The notes: generated by a model not told the origin, from the letters alone. DNA of 64,000 bases from Octopus vulgaris (GCA_951406725.2 OX597836.1:6634001-6698000), one strand, 5' to 3'. Shown: positions 15,161 through 28,189, numbered from the stretch's first letter. A program made the numbers and translations.

Positions 15161-15337
15161 ATCTTTTAAAAGGTGGGGGTGCAACTAAATACCCCTTGCA
15201 GCGCACAATTTGGAGGCTTGGGAACTAGATTACAAAGACGAAACTGGGTTTGTTGGAGTACTGAAACGTTTGAACGAGCCCACTTCACAACCATATAGGT
15301 ATTTTGTTGTTGTTGTTGTTGTTTTGTGTGCAAAGAT

Positions 15338-15646
15338 GTTTGTTGTTTGTTCCTTCTCAAGCCATGCCTGGCTCATAAGGGCCGGTTTCCCAGTTTCCTT
15401 GGCGTATAGGTTCCACACCTGGACGGGACGCCGGTCCGTCGTAGGTGAACTGCAAGATGCAGGAGGAAAGAGTGAGAGAAATTTGTAGCGAAAGAGTCAG
15501 CAGAAGTTCGCTATTACTTTCTGTCGGAGCCGCGTGGAGCTTAGATGTTTCGCTCATAAACCCAAACATCGCCCGGTCTGAGATTCGAACCTGCGATTCC
15601 TCGACCGCGAGTCCGCAGCTCTAACCACTAGGCCATGTGCCTCCGC
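15338..15646 (-). mobile_element. Full-length SINE family C copy with 12-bp target-site duplication
   Basis: Element flanked by gtgtgcaaagat at 15326-15337 and 15647-15658. Confidence 0.9.
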
Positions 15647-16487
15647 GTGTGCAAAGATATTACTACTAATTTCCTTGTAATAAAGTCTGATTATATCTGC
15701 CTGTCTTTCTCTAACTTAAATTTGTATTAGCATATTTAAAATAATGAGTATTCTATACTTAATTAGGGATATTCATGAAAGAGGAAAAGACTACAATAGC
15801 GCAGCGACTAAGAACGGTTTATTCATTTGGGTAAGAGAAAGCTTTGGGACATGTTTTGATATTATTTGACCTTTTCAGCGAATCATAAACTTCGTCATAT
15901 TTGCTGAAGGTGTGATATCTCTCTGTAGATGTCCAATATTGTTTATGTCTAGATGAAAGACATAAACGTAATTGTACGTCTGTATGGTTCGCGAAAAGTT
16001 AAATTAATGTGAAGCTGTTTAATGTTTTCAGCAGTTAAAATCTAATTAGAAATAATTTTGTGGCGCGGAAAAATATAAATTGAATGAATTAATACTTTAA
16101 AATTATATCGCAAAGTATAGGAGATAACTCTGTACATGCTTTGGTCTTATTAGATCTCTTCAGCAAAGCATAGACGTCACACTACTACTAGTCGAAGCAA
16201 TATGGATTCTAACATAGGCCTAATGCTATTCGAAAAGAGGTATCAAGCGATTAATGTCGACGGTGAGATTATGAAGAGTAAAGCCGACCCCGGCGAGATT
16301 TGAAATGAGAACGTAAAATATTCGTAACTATATAATTCGTACCATTTTGTATGATTCCTTAACGGTTCTGCTTGTCTAAAGTAAAAGAATCACAGGAGGC
16401 AGTAATCCAACACTGAAAGAGTTGAACGAACGCACCAAACAGTTTCAAGCGTTTGGGAGCAAGCGCTGACACTGAATCGTTAATAAA

Positions 16488-16705
16488 CCTTTCTACTATA
16501 GACACAGAGTCTGAAATTTGCGGGGAGGGAACTAGTTGATTACATCAACCCCATTACTCAACTGGTATTTATTTCATCGACACTGAAGGAATGAAAGACA
16601 AAGTCGACCTCGGTAGAATTTGAATTCAGACCGTAAGTCCGGACGAAATGCCCCTTAGCATTTTGTCCGGAGCAGTAACGACACTTCCTACCTGCTCGCT
16701 GCCAT
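16488..16705 (-). mobile_element. SINE family A copy
   Basis: aaagtcgacctcggtagaatttgaattcaga ... cctgctcgc. Confidence 0.75.
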
Positions 16706-16802
16706 ACAGATATTACGTATATTAATCTTTTCTAGGTACAAGGCCCGAAATTTTGGGGAGCGGGGAAGTCGATTATATATAAATATAACTGTAAAGGCGG
16801 CG

Positions 16803-17316
16803 AACAGGAACATGTATCATACATCAAAATGAAGCTGGTCCTCTGTGGATCACATCCCTACTACTCAACATAGTCACCGTTTCTCTCAATAGCAATGTTC
16901 CACCTTCGAATGAGAGCATGTATCCCTGCCACGTAAAATTCTGTTCACTGTTCTTTGAGCTATTTCTTCACTACAGTTTTCACTTCCTCGTCACTGGACT
17001 ATCATCATCACTGGACTATCATCTCTTCGGCCCCATGAAAGAGGGTTTGAGAGGAAAACATTATTCCAGCGACGAGAAAGTGAAAACTGTAGTGAAGAAG
17101 TGGCTCAAAGAACAGTCAACAGAATTTTACGGGGCAGGGATACATGCTCTCGCTGGAAGGTGGAACATTGCTGTTGGGAGAAACACGGTGACCATATTGA
17201 GCAGTAGGGATGTGACCCACAGAGGACCAGCTTCATTTTGATGTATGATACATGTTCCTCTGTTGGTAATTATACCTGTCCTAAACAAAATGGCATTACT
17301 TTTTGACTCACCTTCG
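16803..17316 (+). mobile_element. Mariner transposase 3' fragment with fold-back inverted duplication
   Basis: Peptide DYHLFGPMKEGLRGKHYSSDEKVKTVVKKWLKEQSTEFYGAGIHALAGRWNIAVGRN (mariner C-terminus after SPDLAPSD); TIR-like end gactcaccttcg followed by TA; 16803-16998 is a diverged reverse complement of 17065-17263. Confidence 0.85.
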
Positions 17317-17363
17317 TATATGCGTGTGTATATGGCATATGCGTGATACGTTTGCATGTGTGA

Positions 17364-17500
17364 GAGCACGTGCCCTTGTGGTTAGGGTTTTGCACTCACG
17401 ATCGCGAGATCGTGGTTTCAATACCTGGACAGGTTGGTGCATTTTGTTGTTGAGCAAAACACTTCATCTCACCTTGCTTCGCTATCACTCCGACACCTGA
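17364..17500 (+). mobile_element. tRNA-headed CORE-like SINE 5' part (family D-related)
   Basis: gcacgtgcccttgtggttaggg ... ggtttcaatacctgga ... ttgagcaaaacacttcatctcacc. Confidence 0.65.
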
Positions 17501-17660
17501 CGTGTGATACACTTGCGCACCTGTTCAAGCAACGTAGATACCATGAAGGAAGTGAGCGAACGTACAACACATTCGTTTGATCACAATAAACGAATCACTT
17601 GTGCAGGTCGGTCAGCAGAAACTGGACACTCATACGTCATATTCAAAAGGGAGATTCCAT

Positions 17661-17691
<31 letters not shown>

Positions 17692-17742
17692 ATGTATGTA
17701 TGTATATTTATATATCTGTCTATCTATGTGTATATATACATA

Positions 17743-17792
<50 letters not shown>

Positions 17793-18061
17793 ATATGTAT
17801 GTATATATGTATATATATATATATATCTGTCTATGTGTATATATACGTAACATATATATATATATATATGTGTGTATGTGTGTGTGTGTATGTATGTATG
17901 TATCGATGGATGGATAGTGGGAGTGGAGGAAAGAGGAGGAGAAGAGGGAGGGAAGGGACGGACGGACGGACGGACGGACGGATGGATAGATGGATGCATG
18001 GACGGATGGATGTATATGATGCTTCCGATATTGTCTTTCTTATGGCGTATAACGTTCAGCT

Positions 18062-18178
18062 TAAGCGCTAAGTTACGTTGATGTAAACACACCAACAGTG
18101 GTTGTGTTACACACACACATATACACACACTCACACACACACATATTCATATACATACATACATAATACATATATATA

Positions 18179-18209
<31 letters not shown>

Positions 18210-18367
18210 GATGGGCTTCTTTCAGTTTCCGTCTACCGTATCCACTCACAAGGCTTTGATCCATCCGAAGTTATAGTAGAAGACACTTGCCCAAGGTGCC
18301 ATGCAGTGGGACTGAACCCAGAACCATGTGGATGGAACGCAGGCTTCTTACCACACAGCCACGCCTG
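18062..18367 (-). mobile_element. SINE family B copy
   Basis: Reverse match incl. ttcagtttccgtctacc ... agaagacacttgcccaaggtgcca ... accacacagccacgcctg. Confidence 0.85.
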
Positions 18368-18389
18368 AGCCTGGGTGTGCAATTTATGA

Positions 18390-18447
<58 letters not shown>

Positions 18448-19149
18448 GTGTGTTGTTTAATCGAATCCTAACGTACCCTTCCTCCCTGTTTGAAAACTAC
18501 GCATGGTCAGTTACGGTCCAAAGGCTATTATTCATACATGCTCTCATTATCGAGGCTTACCTCTGATTAAACAGCAACAACAACAACAACAACAACAGCA
18601 CCAGCAAAAACATTAATAACAATAAAACTATGTAAATAACGGTCTGAAAAATGTTTCAATTCAAATCAGCGGCTCCTTTATTCGGCTCATCTTGTCGGTT
18701 CGGTGTTGGTCGTTTCTTAATAAAAGTCTCTTCTCGCTTCTCCCGTACTGGCGTATTCTTCAGAATGGTAAATTCTTCAGAATCTCTGTATTGCAGTCAA
18801 CACGAGCCCAAAGATGGCAACATGCAGCACAGCTGATATTAAAGTCCTCAGCTATGCCAACATCTTGCCTGATCTGAGCTCATTTCATTTCAACGACAAG
18901 GCACAGTCTTCGGTCTAGAAATATATAAAAAAATATCTATTTATATATTTTTGTATAAATAACATTTTTTAAAGGAATGGAACAACAAGAAGCAGCACAC
19001 GTATGTATGTATGTATGTATGTATGTATGTATGTATGTGTATACGGATGGATGAATTCGAAAAGGCGCACCGCATCTTCTACAACACATTGAGCACTCGC
19101 CTTCGTTCACCATTAAGCAACGTACGTCGGTGTGAGCGTATGTGTATTT

Positions 19150-19180
<31 letters not shown>

Positions 19181-19642
19181 CATGCACATACATACACTTA
19201 CATATACATACACAAACATACATGCACACATACATATATACTTACATACACATACATACATACATGTATACATGCATACATATATACATATACATATATA
19301 TACATACATGTACATACATACACATACATACATACATACATACATACATACATTCATACATACATACATACATACTTACTTACATACACATACATACATA
19401 CATACTTAATACACATACATACATACATGCGTGCATACATACATACACATACATATATATACATACATACACATACATACATATACATACATACACATAC
19501 ATACATACATACATACATACATACATGCATATATACATACATACTTACATACACATACATACATATATACATACATACATACATACATACATACATACAT
19601 ACATACATACATACATACATACATACATACACACATACATAC
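19150..19642. repeat. (TACA)n-type array
   Basis: Directly visible. Confidence 0.95.
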
Positions 19643-20401
19643 TTAGTGAATGCAAGTTTAATCATGTGAAATTTGGTGATTTGAATTTTAGCAATCGGAA
19701 GTTTAGCTCTTCAGCCGCTTACAAAGTTGCTATTTAATGGTTAACGAGAAGACATTAAAGCAAAGCCTGCAAGCTGCTGAATAAATTTCGATATAAATAA
19801 CGCCATTTAAAAATATAGATGCAAACATAGAAGTTGTAAACCTCATCGCTTTCGCTGTAACGCAGACTGGGCGTTCTTGTACTAAATTTGTTCGCCGAGT
19901 GACTATGCATCTTATACAAGTCGGATTTATTGTAATATATTAAATTACAAGTAGCAGAGGAGAAAATTAGATAGCGTAGAGAAAAGTTACTTCAGGAGTG
20001 AATAATACTATACATTTGATAAAGATATAAAATGAATCTAGTTTCGGAAGCCATATTAGGAGGCAAGTTACGGAAAACTTAAAGCAGAGAGAATATGGCA
20101 TAGCATCGAGTTAACAAGTGAACAGATGGTATATGTCACTGATGATGGACGATGGGACTGCTAAAAGTAGTAGCGAAACAACATAGTTACTGTCTTTAAA
20201 ATAACGTTGAATTACCTTGATGTATTTGTACACACACACACACACATACACACAGTGAATGTAGGTTACACTGTGAATGACTCCTTTCACCTGCATCTCC
20301 AGCTAATTGGAGGTAACACCAATCTCCGTATTTCCTGCCGGCATTGATGATTCCAGCGATCTTCTGGTTCTTTTGACCATCATTATAGCAAATATTTTCA
20401 A

Positions 20402-20797
20402 GGAGTCGCTGTGTGGTAAGTAGCTTGCTTACCAGCAACATGGTTCTGAGTTCATTCCCAGTGCGTGGCATCTTGGGCAAGTGTCTTCTACTATAGCCTC
20501 GGACCGACCAAAGCCTTGTGAGTGGATTTGGTAGACGGAAACTGAAAGAAGCCCATCGTATATGTATATATATATATATATATGTATGTGTATATGTTTG
20601 TGTTTATGTGTTTGTCTCCCCAACATCGCTTGACAACTGATGCTGGTGTGTTTACGTCCCCGTAACGTAGCGGTTAGGCAACATAGACCGATAGAATAAG
20701 TACTAGGCTTACAAAGAATAAGTCCTGGGGGCGATTTGCTCGACTAAGAGGCGGTGCCTCAGCATGGCCGCAGTCAAATGACTGAAACAAGTAAAAG
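20402..20797 (+). mobile_element. Full-length tRNA-derived SINE, family B, with internal (TA)n(TG)n tract
   Basis: Head gctgtgtggtaagtagcttgcttaccagcaacatggttctgagttcattcc; body gggcaagtgtcttctactatagcc ... gtagacggaaactgaaagaagcc; tail cagcatggccgcagtcaaatgactgaaacaagtaaaag. Confidence 0.9.
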
Positions 20798-20964
20798 GGT
20801 ACCGTTGGTCAAGAAGCATTCATAAGAAACTGGGTGATACCCCACAATCTTAAAAATACACATTATGCTCACCGCGCCTAAATAAAGGCGAGATGATTTG
20901 GGGCGAAACATCTATGATTGTAGGTCTTCTAGATCAAATCTGACATGGGGCTAAACAATTAGCT

Positions 20965-21230
20965 TCACATGCATACTCTCTCTTTTTTCTGTCTTGTCCA
21001 TTGCGACTTTAATGGCCTCTGTTCCTCAAAGCCAACTAATCTTGTAACCCTTTCACTCTGCCTACTTCACCCTACCGCTTGTCTTTTGCTGTGTCCATCT
21101 CTTATCAGACACCACACTTACTACAATGTCCGGTCTTATTTCTCCAGACCGTTGGCCTTAATTTTGTCTTTCCCGTAGGTTTTGACTTTAAACAATGTAA
21201 ACGAGACATTAACATCAACCTCACCTCTCT
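20965..21230 (+). mobile_element. Decayed CR1-group LINE ORF2 3' end
   Basis: Peptides FNGLCSSK, RSYFSR and VFPVGFDFKQCKRDIN resemble the CR1-group C-terminus; similar to 56280-56790. Confidence 0.55.
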
Positions 21231-21261
21231 GGGAAGGCCAGCAAATGTCGGAGGCGATTAC

Positions 21262-21389
21262 AGGTAAGTTCACCGCCACCAATTCACTGTGAAGAATGTT
21301 CACCGCGAGGAAAGTTTACCGATAAAATATATCCTTAGTATCTCACCATTAATGGTGACAAACGGTGAATTGACGATGGTGAACCCACC
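21262..21389. mobile_element. Small MITE-like inverted-repeat element with subterminal ttcaccg motifs
   Basis: ggtaagttcaccgccaccaattcactg ... cggtgaattgacgatggtgaacccacc; repeated ttcacc(g) on the left, ggtgaa on the right. Confidence 0.5.
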
Positions 21390-21949
21390 GGACATGGTCA
21401 GAAGCAATACCTCGTCCTCTAGGTTCAGCAATTAAAAAAGAAAAAAACTAAGCCCATCCCCTCATCACTACCATGTCTACCACCACCAACAGCCGTCCAA
21501 GAATTTGGACCTGGAGATATCCATTTCCAGTGACTTCGAGGGCCACCTCCCAGTGGTGTCGGGCGTCAACGAAGAGCCCTCGACTACAACAAGGTGACCA
21601 AAGTCTTTTTTTTCCAAGGTCTGGGGTCTCCCGCCCCTAAGCCCTAGGCCATCACCTAATCACCCTTACCCGTCTTGTTGCTTAACAACAACAACAGCAA
21701 GAAGTCAATTGTTGATACTAGTTCATCCGTCATTGTCGACGATGACTAAGGACATCACATGAGAGACAAAACCGGGCACTCTGTGTCCGGCTATGACCAA
21801 TCAGTCTGGTGGTCTGCAGGCACGGAAAGCAAAGAGTTGGCTCTGGACATGTACAGATCGCGTTTTTCTTTGTGTCTCTGTTATCGATAGACTTAGAAAA
21901 TATATTTTTGATGCATTTCCATACCTTTTTACTTCTCCATGTTGCAGAT

Positions 21950-22000
<51 letters not shown>

Positions 22001-22006
<6 letters not shown>

Positions 22007-22192
22007 GTAAAAAGTGAAAAAACTACAGAAGGCTTGTTTTAAAAGGTTAAAAAATATATATTTGAGTCAATATGTCTGAAGAATGTTATAAATGAAAAAA
22101 ATTTATAACATTCTTCAGTTATTTGACTCAAATATATATTTTTTAACCTTTTAAAACAAGCCTTCTGTAGTTTTTTCACTTTTTACTATTTT
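22001..22192. repeat. Near-perfect ~92-bp-arm palindrome next to (TA)n
   Basis: 22001-22093 is the reverse complement of 22101-22192 apart from one 4-5 nt internal mismatch; 7-nt loop gaaaaaa. Confidence 0.9.
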
Positions 22193-22251
22193 CTATATAT
22201 TCAACCACGTGCTTTCACATACCAACTTTCTTACCTATATATATATATATA

Positions 22252-22550
22252 TTGTTCCTTCTCAAGCCATGCATGGCTCATAATGGGCTAGTTTCCCGGT
22301 TTCCTTGGCGTATAGTTTCCCCACCTGGATGGGACACCGGTCCGTCGCAGGTGGGCTGCAAGATGCAGGAGGAAAGAGTGAGAGAAAGTTGTGGCGAAAG
22401 AGTCAGCAGAAGTTCGCCATTACCTTCTGCTGGAGCCGCGTGGAGCTTAGGTGTTCCGGTCATATACACACACATCACCCGATCCTAGATTCGAACCCGC
22501 GATCCCTCGACCTCGAGTCCGCTGCTCTAACCACTAGACCATGGGCCTCC
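22252..22550 (-). mobile_element. SINE family C copy
   Basis: Reverse match to 13104-13403. Confidence 0.85.
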
Positions 22551-23041
22551 ACAGATGGGATGGCTATTCCGAAAGTTCACCAATCAACTATTGCATCTGT
22601 CTCACCAGTGTTATAGTTTCTTTACTAATCCGTTAGTAAATAAAACAAAATTAGCTTTCTATAATAGGAAAGTATCAAAGTGTTCAATCCCTAGCGTCTA
22701 CCCCACTCCAAAAAGCAGGAAAATAACAGGGAAATACTGAATTTAAAATAAGGATCAATTTACTCACATTTAGGGTTTCTTTATTCCAAAAGCAACGAAG
22801 CCTCCAAGAACGATAATAGTGGATGTTTTAATCCAGATAACATATTGTTTGGTACGTTCTTAATAATTGCGGTGTCAGATAAATTCGTTCGTAATTTTCT
22901 TTTCTCTACTCTGCACTCCACTGTCATATTTCTGAAAAGAGATAAAAATTTATTTAAATTTCAAAAACGATAAACAAAAGTTTTAGAGGAAGAAAAGAGC
23001 CACAAAAATACAAGCATAGCATATTATGATTTTAAAATAGT

Positions 23042-23333
23042 GTTCCATATTTAAGGGATGAGGAATTACGTACATTATTTACATTATTTACATTTGACGG
23101 ATATTTGTCCTCATCTTGTTTGTTGTTAACATAACTGTTCGGCTGATATACCCTCCAGCCTTCATCAGGTGTCTTGGGGAAATTTCGAACCTGGGTTCTC
23201 ATTCCTAAGGTATTTTTCGAAGTTATCATTATTATTATCATTATTATTATTATTATTATTACTCAGGTCACTGCTTGGAATCGAGCTCGGAATCTTGGGG
23301 TTAGTAGCCCGCGCTCTTAACCACTACGCCATA
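23042..23333 (-). mobile_element. tRNA-headed SINE with (AAT)n linker and hammerhead-motif tail
   Basis: Minus strand: tatggcgtagtggttaagagcgcgggctactaaccccaagattccgagctcgattcc (A/B boxes), (AAT)n, then gacac-CTGATGA-a-ggctg...cagcc-GAAcagtt-atgtt. Confidence 0.75.
23128..23173 (-). ncRNA. Degenerate minimal type I hammerhead ribozyme
   Basis: CUGAUGA; stem II GGCUG/CAGCC; GAACAGUU in place of GAAACGUU; stem I GACAC/AUGUU imperfect. Confidence 0.55.
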
Positions 23334-23984
23334 AGAGGACAAATATCCGTCAAATGTAAATAAAGTAAATAATGTGAAAAAATATTGTTCTTGTGTATCT
23401 AGGAAGGATTAAAGTAAATGGGGTAGGGAAAAGAACAAATTCTTCATAGACCCAATTGTGAGTGTGTATGTGTGTGTGTGAGTGAAAGAGAGAGAGAGAG
23501 AGAGAGAAAGAGAAAGAGCGAGAGAGAAATTCGTTCGTGTTTTGGGGGGCAGGGGTTCCTACTTGGCATTCTGTAGTCAAATGTGAAAAAAAGGACAAAA
23601 TATATTTAAATTTCAAAACTGATAAACAAAAATTATACAGATAAGAACAATTAAACTAAAACAAAAAGGCCCACGAAACACTATGACAATAAATATTTAT
23701 CGTGTTTATTCAAATGACATTGGAAAAGTTAAAACTGAATGAGTAGGGTGCTACAGAAAGCGAAACGAACGGACTTATTGGACAACCTTAGGAATAATAA
23801 ATACATACATACGTGTCAGGTATGGAAGCGATCGAAGAGCAACAGGTGAGATGAAGTGTTTTGCTCAAGAACACAACGTGCTACTTGGTCAAGGAATTGA
23901 AACCACGATCTCACGATCGCCAGTTCAATGACCCTGACCACTAGGCCATTCGCCTTCAACCACCAACAATATCAAAACAATAAT

Positions 23985-24132
23985 CCTTTCTACTAAGAGT
24001 ACAAGGCCTGAAATTTTGTGGGAGAGGGGGCTAAGGCGATTATATCAACCCCAGTATTCAACTGGTACTTAAGTTATCGACTCCGAAAGGATGAATGGCA
24101 AAGTCGACCTCGGCGGAATTTGAACTCAGAAC
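23985..24132 (-). mobile_element. SINE family A copy, 5'-truncated
   Basis: tcctttctactaag ... cgaaaggatgaatggcaaagtcgacctcggcggaatttgaactcagaac. Confidence 0.8.
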
Positions 24133-24167
24133 ATACAATATCAAAAGAATGACTAATAAAAATAACA

Positions 24168-24498
24168 ATGCCACTGGCCTTCCGTCGGTTACGACGACGA
24201 GTGTTCCAGTCGATCCGATCAACGAAACAGCCTGCTCGTGAAATTAACGTCCAAGTGGCTGAGTACACCACAGACACGGATACACTCGACGTAGTTCTCG
24301 GGGAGATTCAGCATGACACAGAATGTGACTAGGCCGGCCCCTTTTAATTACAGGTACTCCTCATTTTTGTCAGCGGAAGGAACTGGAGTAACGTGAAATA
24401 AAGAGTCTTGCTCAAGGACGCAACGCGCCACTGGGAATCGTACTCACGGCCTTACTATCAGGAACCGAACACCCTAACCACTAAGCCACGTGCCTCCA
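24168..24498 (-). mobile_element. tRNA-headed CORE-like SINE, family D
   Basis: Head ggaggcacgtggcttagtggttaggg on minus strand; CORE-like ccttgagcaagactctttatttcacg; tail homologous to 60505-60795 and 61545-61840. Confidence 0.8.
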
Positions 24499-24583
24499 CA
24501 AATAACAACAAAAACATCAACAAGAACGTGATCGCCGCCACCAAGAACGTGATCGCCTCTGACAAAGCGTCTAACACCATTAA

Positions 24584-24585
24584 CG

Positions 24586-24672
<87 letters not shown>

Positions 24673-25140
24673 ACATCTCCATCACACCACCAATTCACAA
24701 CGACCATCACAAAGAGACCGACTACGACGACCACCACCCGCCACCAACAACAACATCACCACCACCCTCATTACCACTGCCGCCACCATCATCGCCACCA
24801 CAAATACCACCGCCACCACCACCACAACCACCACAACCATAACCACCACAACCACCATCATCACTACAACCACCACAACCATAACCACCACCACAACCAC
24901 CACCACCACCACAACCACCACCACCACCATTACCACCACCACCAGCAATACCACCACCATTACCACCACCACCATCATCACCCCCACCACAGCAACACCA
25001 TCAACTCCTCGACCACCCCTATCCCCACCACCACCACCACCAGCAATACCACTAACTCATGAACCATCACCACCAACAACTTCTCAACACCACCACCACC
25101 ACCACCCTCTCAACACCCCCACCCCACCCCACCAGCAACA
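24584..25140. repeat. (ATC)n followed by degenerate (ACC)n low-complexity tract
   Basis: Directly visible. Confidence 0.9.
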
Positions 25141-25379
25141 CAGTGACAGGAAACAAACAACAGCATCGATGATATTGATGTCATCGTTCAATGTCCATCC
25201 TTACCTTTTTATCAATATGGTAACTAACAGCAACGGCATTATGTAGAATAACAACATTATCGGCCGTGACGGCGGGGATGAGGGGGAGGTGCGTGTGGTC
25301 TGTGTATTTATGTGTGTGTGTTCATGTAAGAAAAGGCTAAAATTGGTACTCTAAGAGCAGTCTCGAGATAAGCGTGTAT

Positions 25380-25480
<101 letters not shown>

Positions 25481-25615
25481 CACACACACACATATATATA
25501 TAAACACAAACACCTATGTATGTGAGCATACATATCTGTCTAACTATCTATCGGTCTGTCTGTCTGTCTATCTATCTAACAAATCTCCCTCTCTCTCACT
25601 CTTTATATATATATA

Positions 25616-25677
<62 letters not shown>

Positions 25678-26463
25678 CACACACGTATATTCATTTATAT
25701 ATTTATATATGTATATATATATCCACATACGTTTTTGTATATGTATACATATATATATATGTCTATATGTATAAATATATACATATATATGTATAAATAT
25801 ATACATATATATATATGTATATATGTATGTATATGTATATATGTATATATATATATACATATATACATACATTTAGTACTCAAGGATAAAATCTTGATAA
25901 GGTTTTATGAAGTAGCCAGCATGTAATAAACCATATCGTTAATAATTAATACAAGTATATATAATTATATAAATATAATTATACATAGTTAATGATATAT
26001 GTCCTTTGCAAACAAGGTGTACTGGATATCAATTAAGTGCTCTGATATGAGATACATCTGAAATCTTAAAAAACATATTCAGAGATTCAATGAGAGAGAT
26101 TATATATAAGAGAGCAAAAACTAGGAAACTTTATATCTTAAAAATCTCACTAGATATATATCCATAGCATAAGCAATATTCTATTAATAAATAAATACAG
26201 CTAAGACCATTAAAACAATTCATTAAAAGATATTACATCTTTAAAGTAAATATCGATCTGTGGTTAAACTTCTTAAAATCTCTTTTTCATACACTTTCTT
26301 CACTTTCATTCCGTGCAAATAAAGTAAATAATTGTAATTCTTAGAGCCATTTGGTGTCTATTTCTAGCATGTGGCGCTATACATTGGTGCCCTTATCATT
26401 ATAATTATATTTATATAATCATATATATTTGTATTTGTTTATATCTATATATAGGCGCAGGAG

Positions 26464-26620
26464 TCTGTCTTTACGTTCTGAGAGCAAAATCCGCCGAGGT
26501 CGACTTGCCTTTCATCCTTTCGGGGTCGATAAATTAAGTACCAGTTGCGTACTGGAGTCGATCTAATCGACTGGCGCACTTCCCCAAAATTTCGGGCCTT
26601 GTGCCAAGAGTAGAAAATAA
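26464..26620 (+). mobile_element. SINE family A copy, 5'-truncated
   Basis: ctttacgttctgag ... cctttcatcctttcggggtcgataaattaagtaccag ... aaatttcgggccttgtgcc. Confidence 0.8.
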
Positions 26621-26627
26621 TATTTTA

Positions 26628-26667
<40 letters not shown>

Positions 26668-26670
<3 letters not shown>

Positions 26671-26903
26671 GGTTGGCCAAAAGTTACCTGACAGTAAATC
26701 AAAACCCCATTTAATTCCAAGATTTATTTATGTTCAACAACTGAATGAGACTTCGCTAATAAATACACAAATGTTGAAAAACAAAATCGGTGATTTTGAC
26801 TCAAAGCATTCAATTATTAAACATTCATAATTGGAAATTAATAAATAAAACTGAATATTAAATAATTATGGAATTACTGTCAGGGGACTTTTGGCCAACC
26901 CTA
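26668..26903. mobile_element. Tc1/mariner-type MITE inserted at TA
   Basis: ~30-bp TIRs cagggttggccaaaagttacctgacagtaa / ttactgtcaggggacttttggccaacccta, flanked by TA. Confidence 0.85.
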
Positions 26904-27110
26904 TATATGTGTGTGTGTGAGTGTGTGTGTGTGTATGCATATTACATAGCAGAATAATAAAATAAAAAGAACGTATTGTATATATTTGAAAAAATGAGTA
27001 GAGATGTTTTTTGCGAGGGAAAATTCTTATTTTATTCTTAATAATAATGTTTAGATAAGATTAAATCAAATTTAAGACCCCAAAAAAGCCCTCTCTGCTC
27101 ATTTGCTCAA

Positions 27111-27150
<40 letters not shown>

Positions 27151-27455
27151 CAATAATAAATCTCTGAACGAGGTATAAACAGTAACTGCACGACAATGTG
27201 AGGTGTACTTGCCATCTCAATATGGCTAACCACAAAGGGTGGGTGTTACTGTAGCTTGTAGCCCCAGGAGAACATCGCCTCCAGCTGGCTTTAGGCACAC
27301 TTTCTGTGCCCTTATGGTATTTGCAAAGGGAGGTCATCCCTCCCTTGTCAGCCTAAGTGATACGCACACACACACACATATATATATATATTTGTGCATT
27401 TATATATATATATGCATGTATGTATAGGCATATATATATGTGTATATATGTATAT

Positions 27456-27505
<50 letters not shown>

Positions 27506-28189
27506 AGAGAGAGAGAGATCCAGATGAATATGGTACTTAAGTTGAGGCACCAGAATTTAGAACGGTATTATCCATACAATTTCAAAGTAAGGTGATTAAA
27601 ATCAAAATAAGCAACAAGGTTATATATATTCATATACAAGCGCCAAAGTCACGTTGTCTTGTGGTTAGGCATACAGCTCTGACGGACGTGAGATCAATTC
27701 TTTCAATTCCCAGGCTGGCTACACGTTATGGTTTTGTTGAACAAAACCCTTAATTTCACGTTGCTGTAGTTCATATTACGACGGAATAGCCTTCTGATCA
27801 GAAGCCTATACCGTCGGCCTGCTCGCATAGCTAGGCGTTGGTGTGCTTATGTTTTCATGACTTTACGGTTCGACAATAAAATCCGATAGAATAAGTAGTA
27901 GGCTTACAAAGAACAGGTGCCGAGGTTCGAGTCGCTCGGTTAAAATTCTTCAGTGAGGGGCTCCTTCATGGCTGTAGTCCAATGACTGCAAAAGAACAAA
28001 ATTATTTTGTTCTTTCCTTGGTCTAGTGACTTCATTGTTTGTTATCACTGTATCTACGTAGAATTTCTGCAGCAGTTGTCATTGCAACGTTTATGACTTT
28101 TGGCATTTGTTTGTTGACCTTCCATGCGGATTTTTTCTGGGTTTTTTTCAAGAAATTTTATTGAACAAAAACAATAATAATATTTAGCA

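Noticed and set aside
18655-18790. Minus-strand peptide DSEEFTILKNTPVREKREE..., faintly like pogo-type transposase tails
   Set aside because: Too short and weak to assign.
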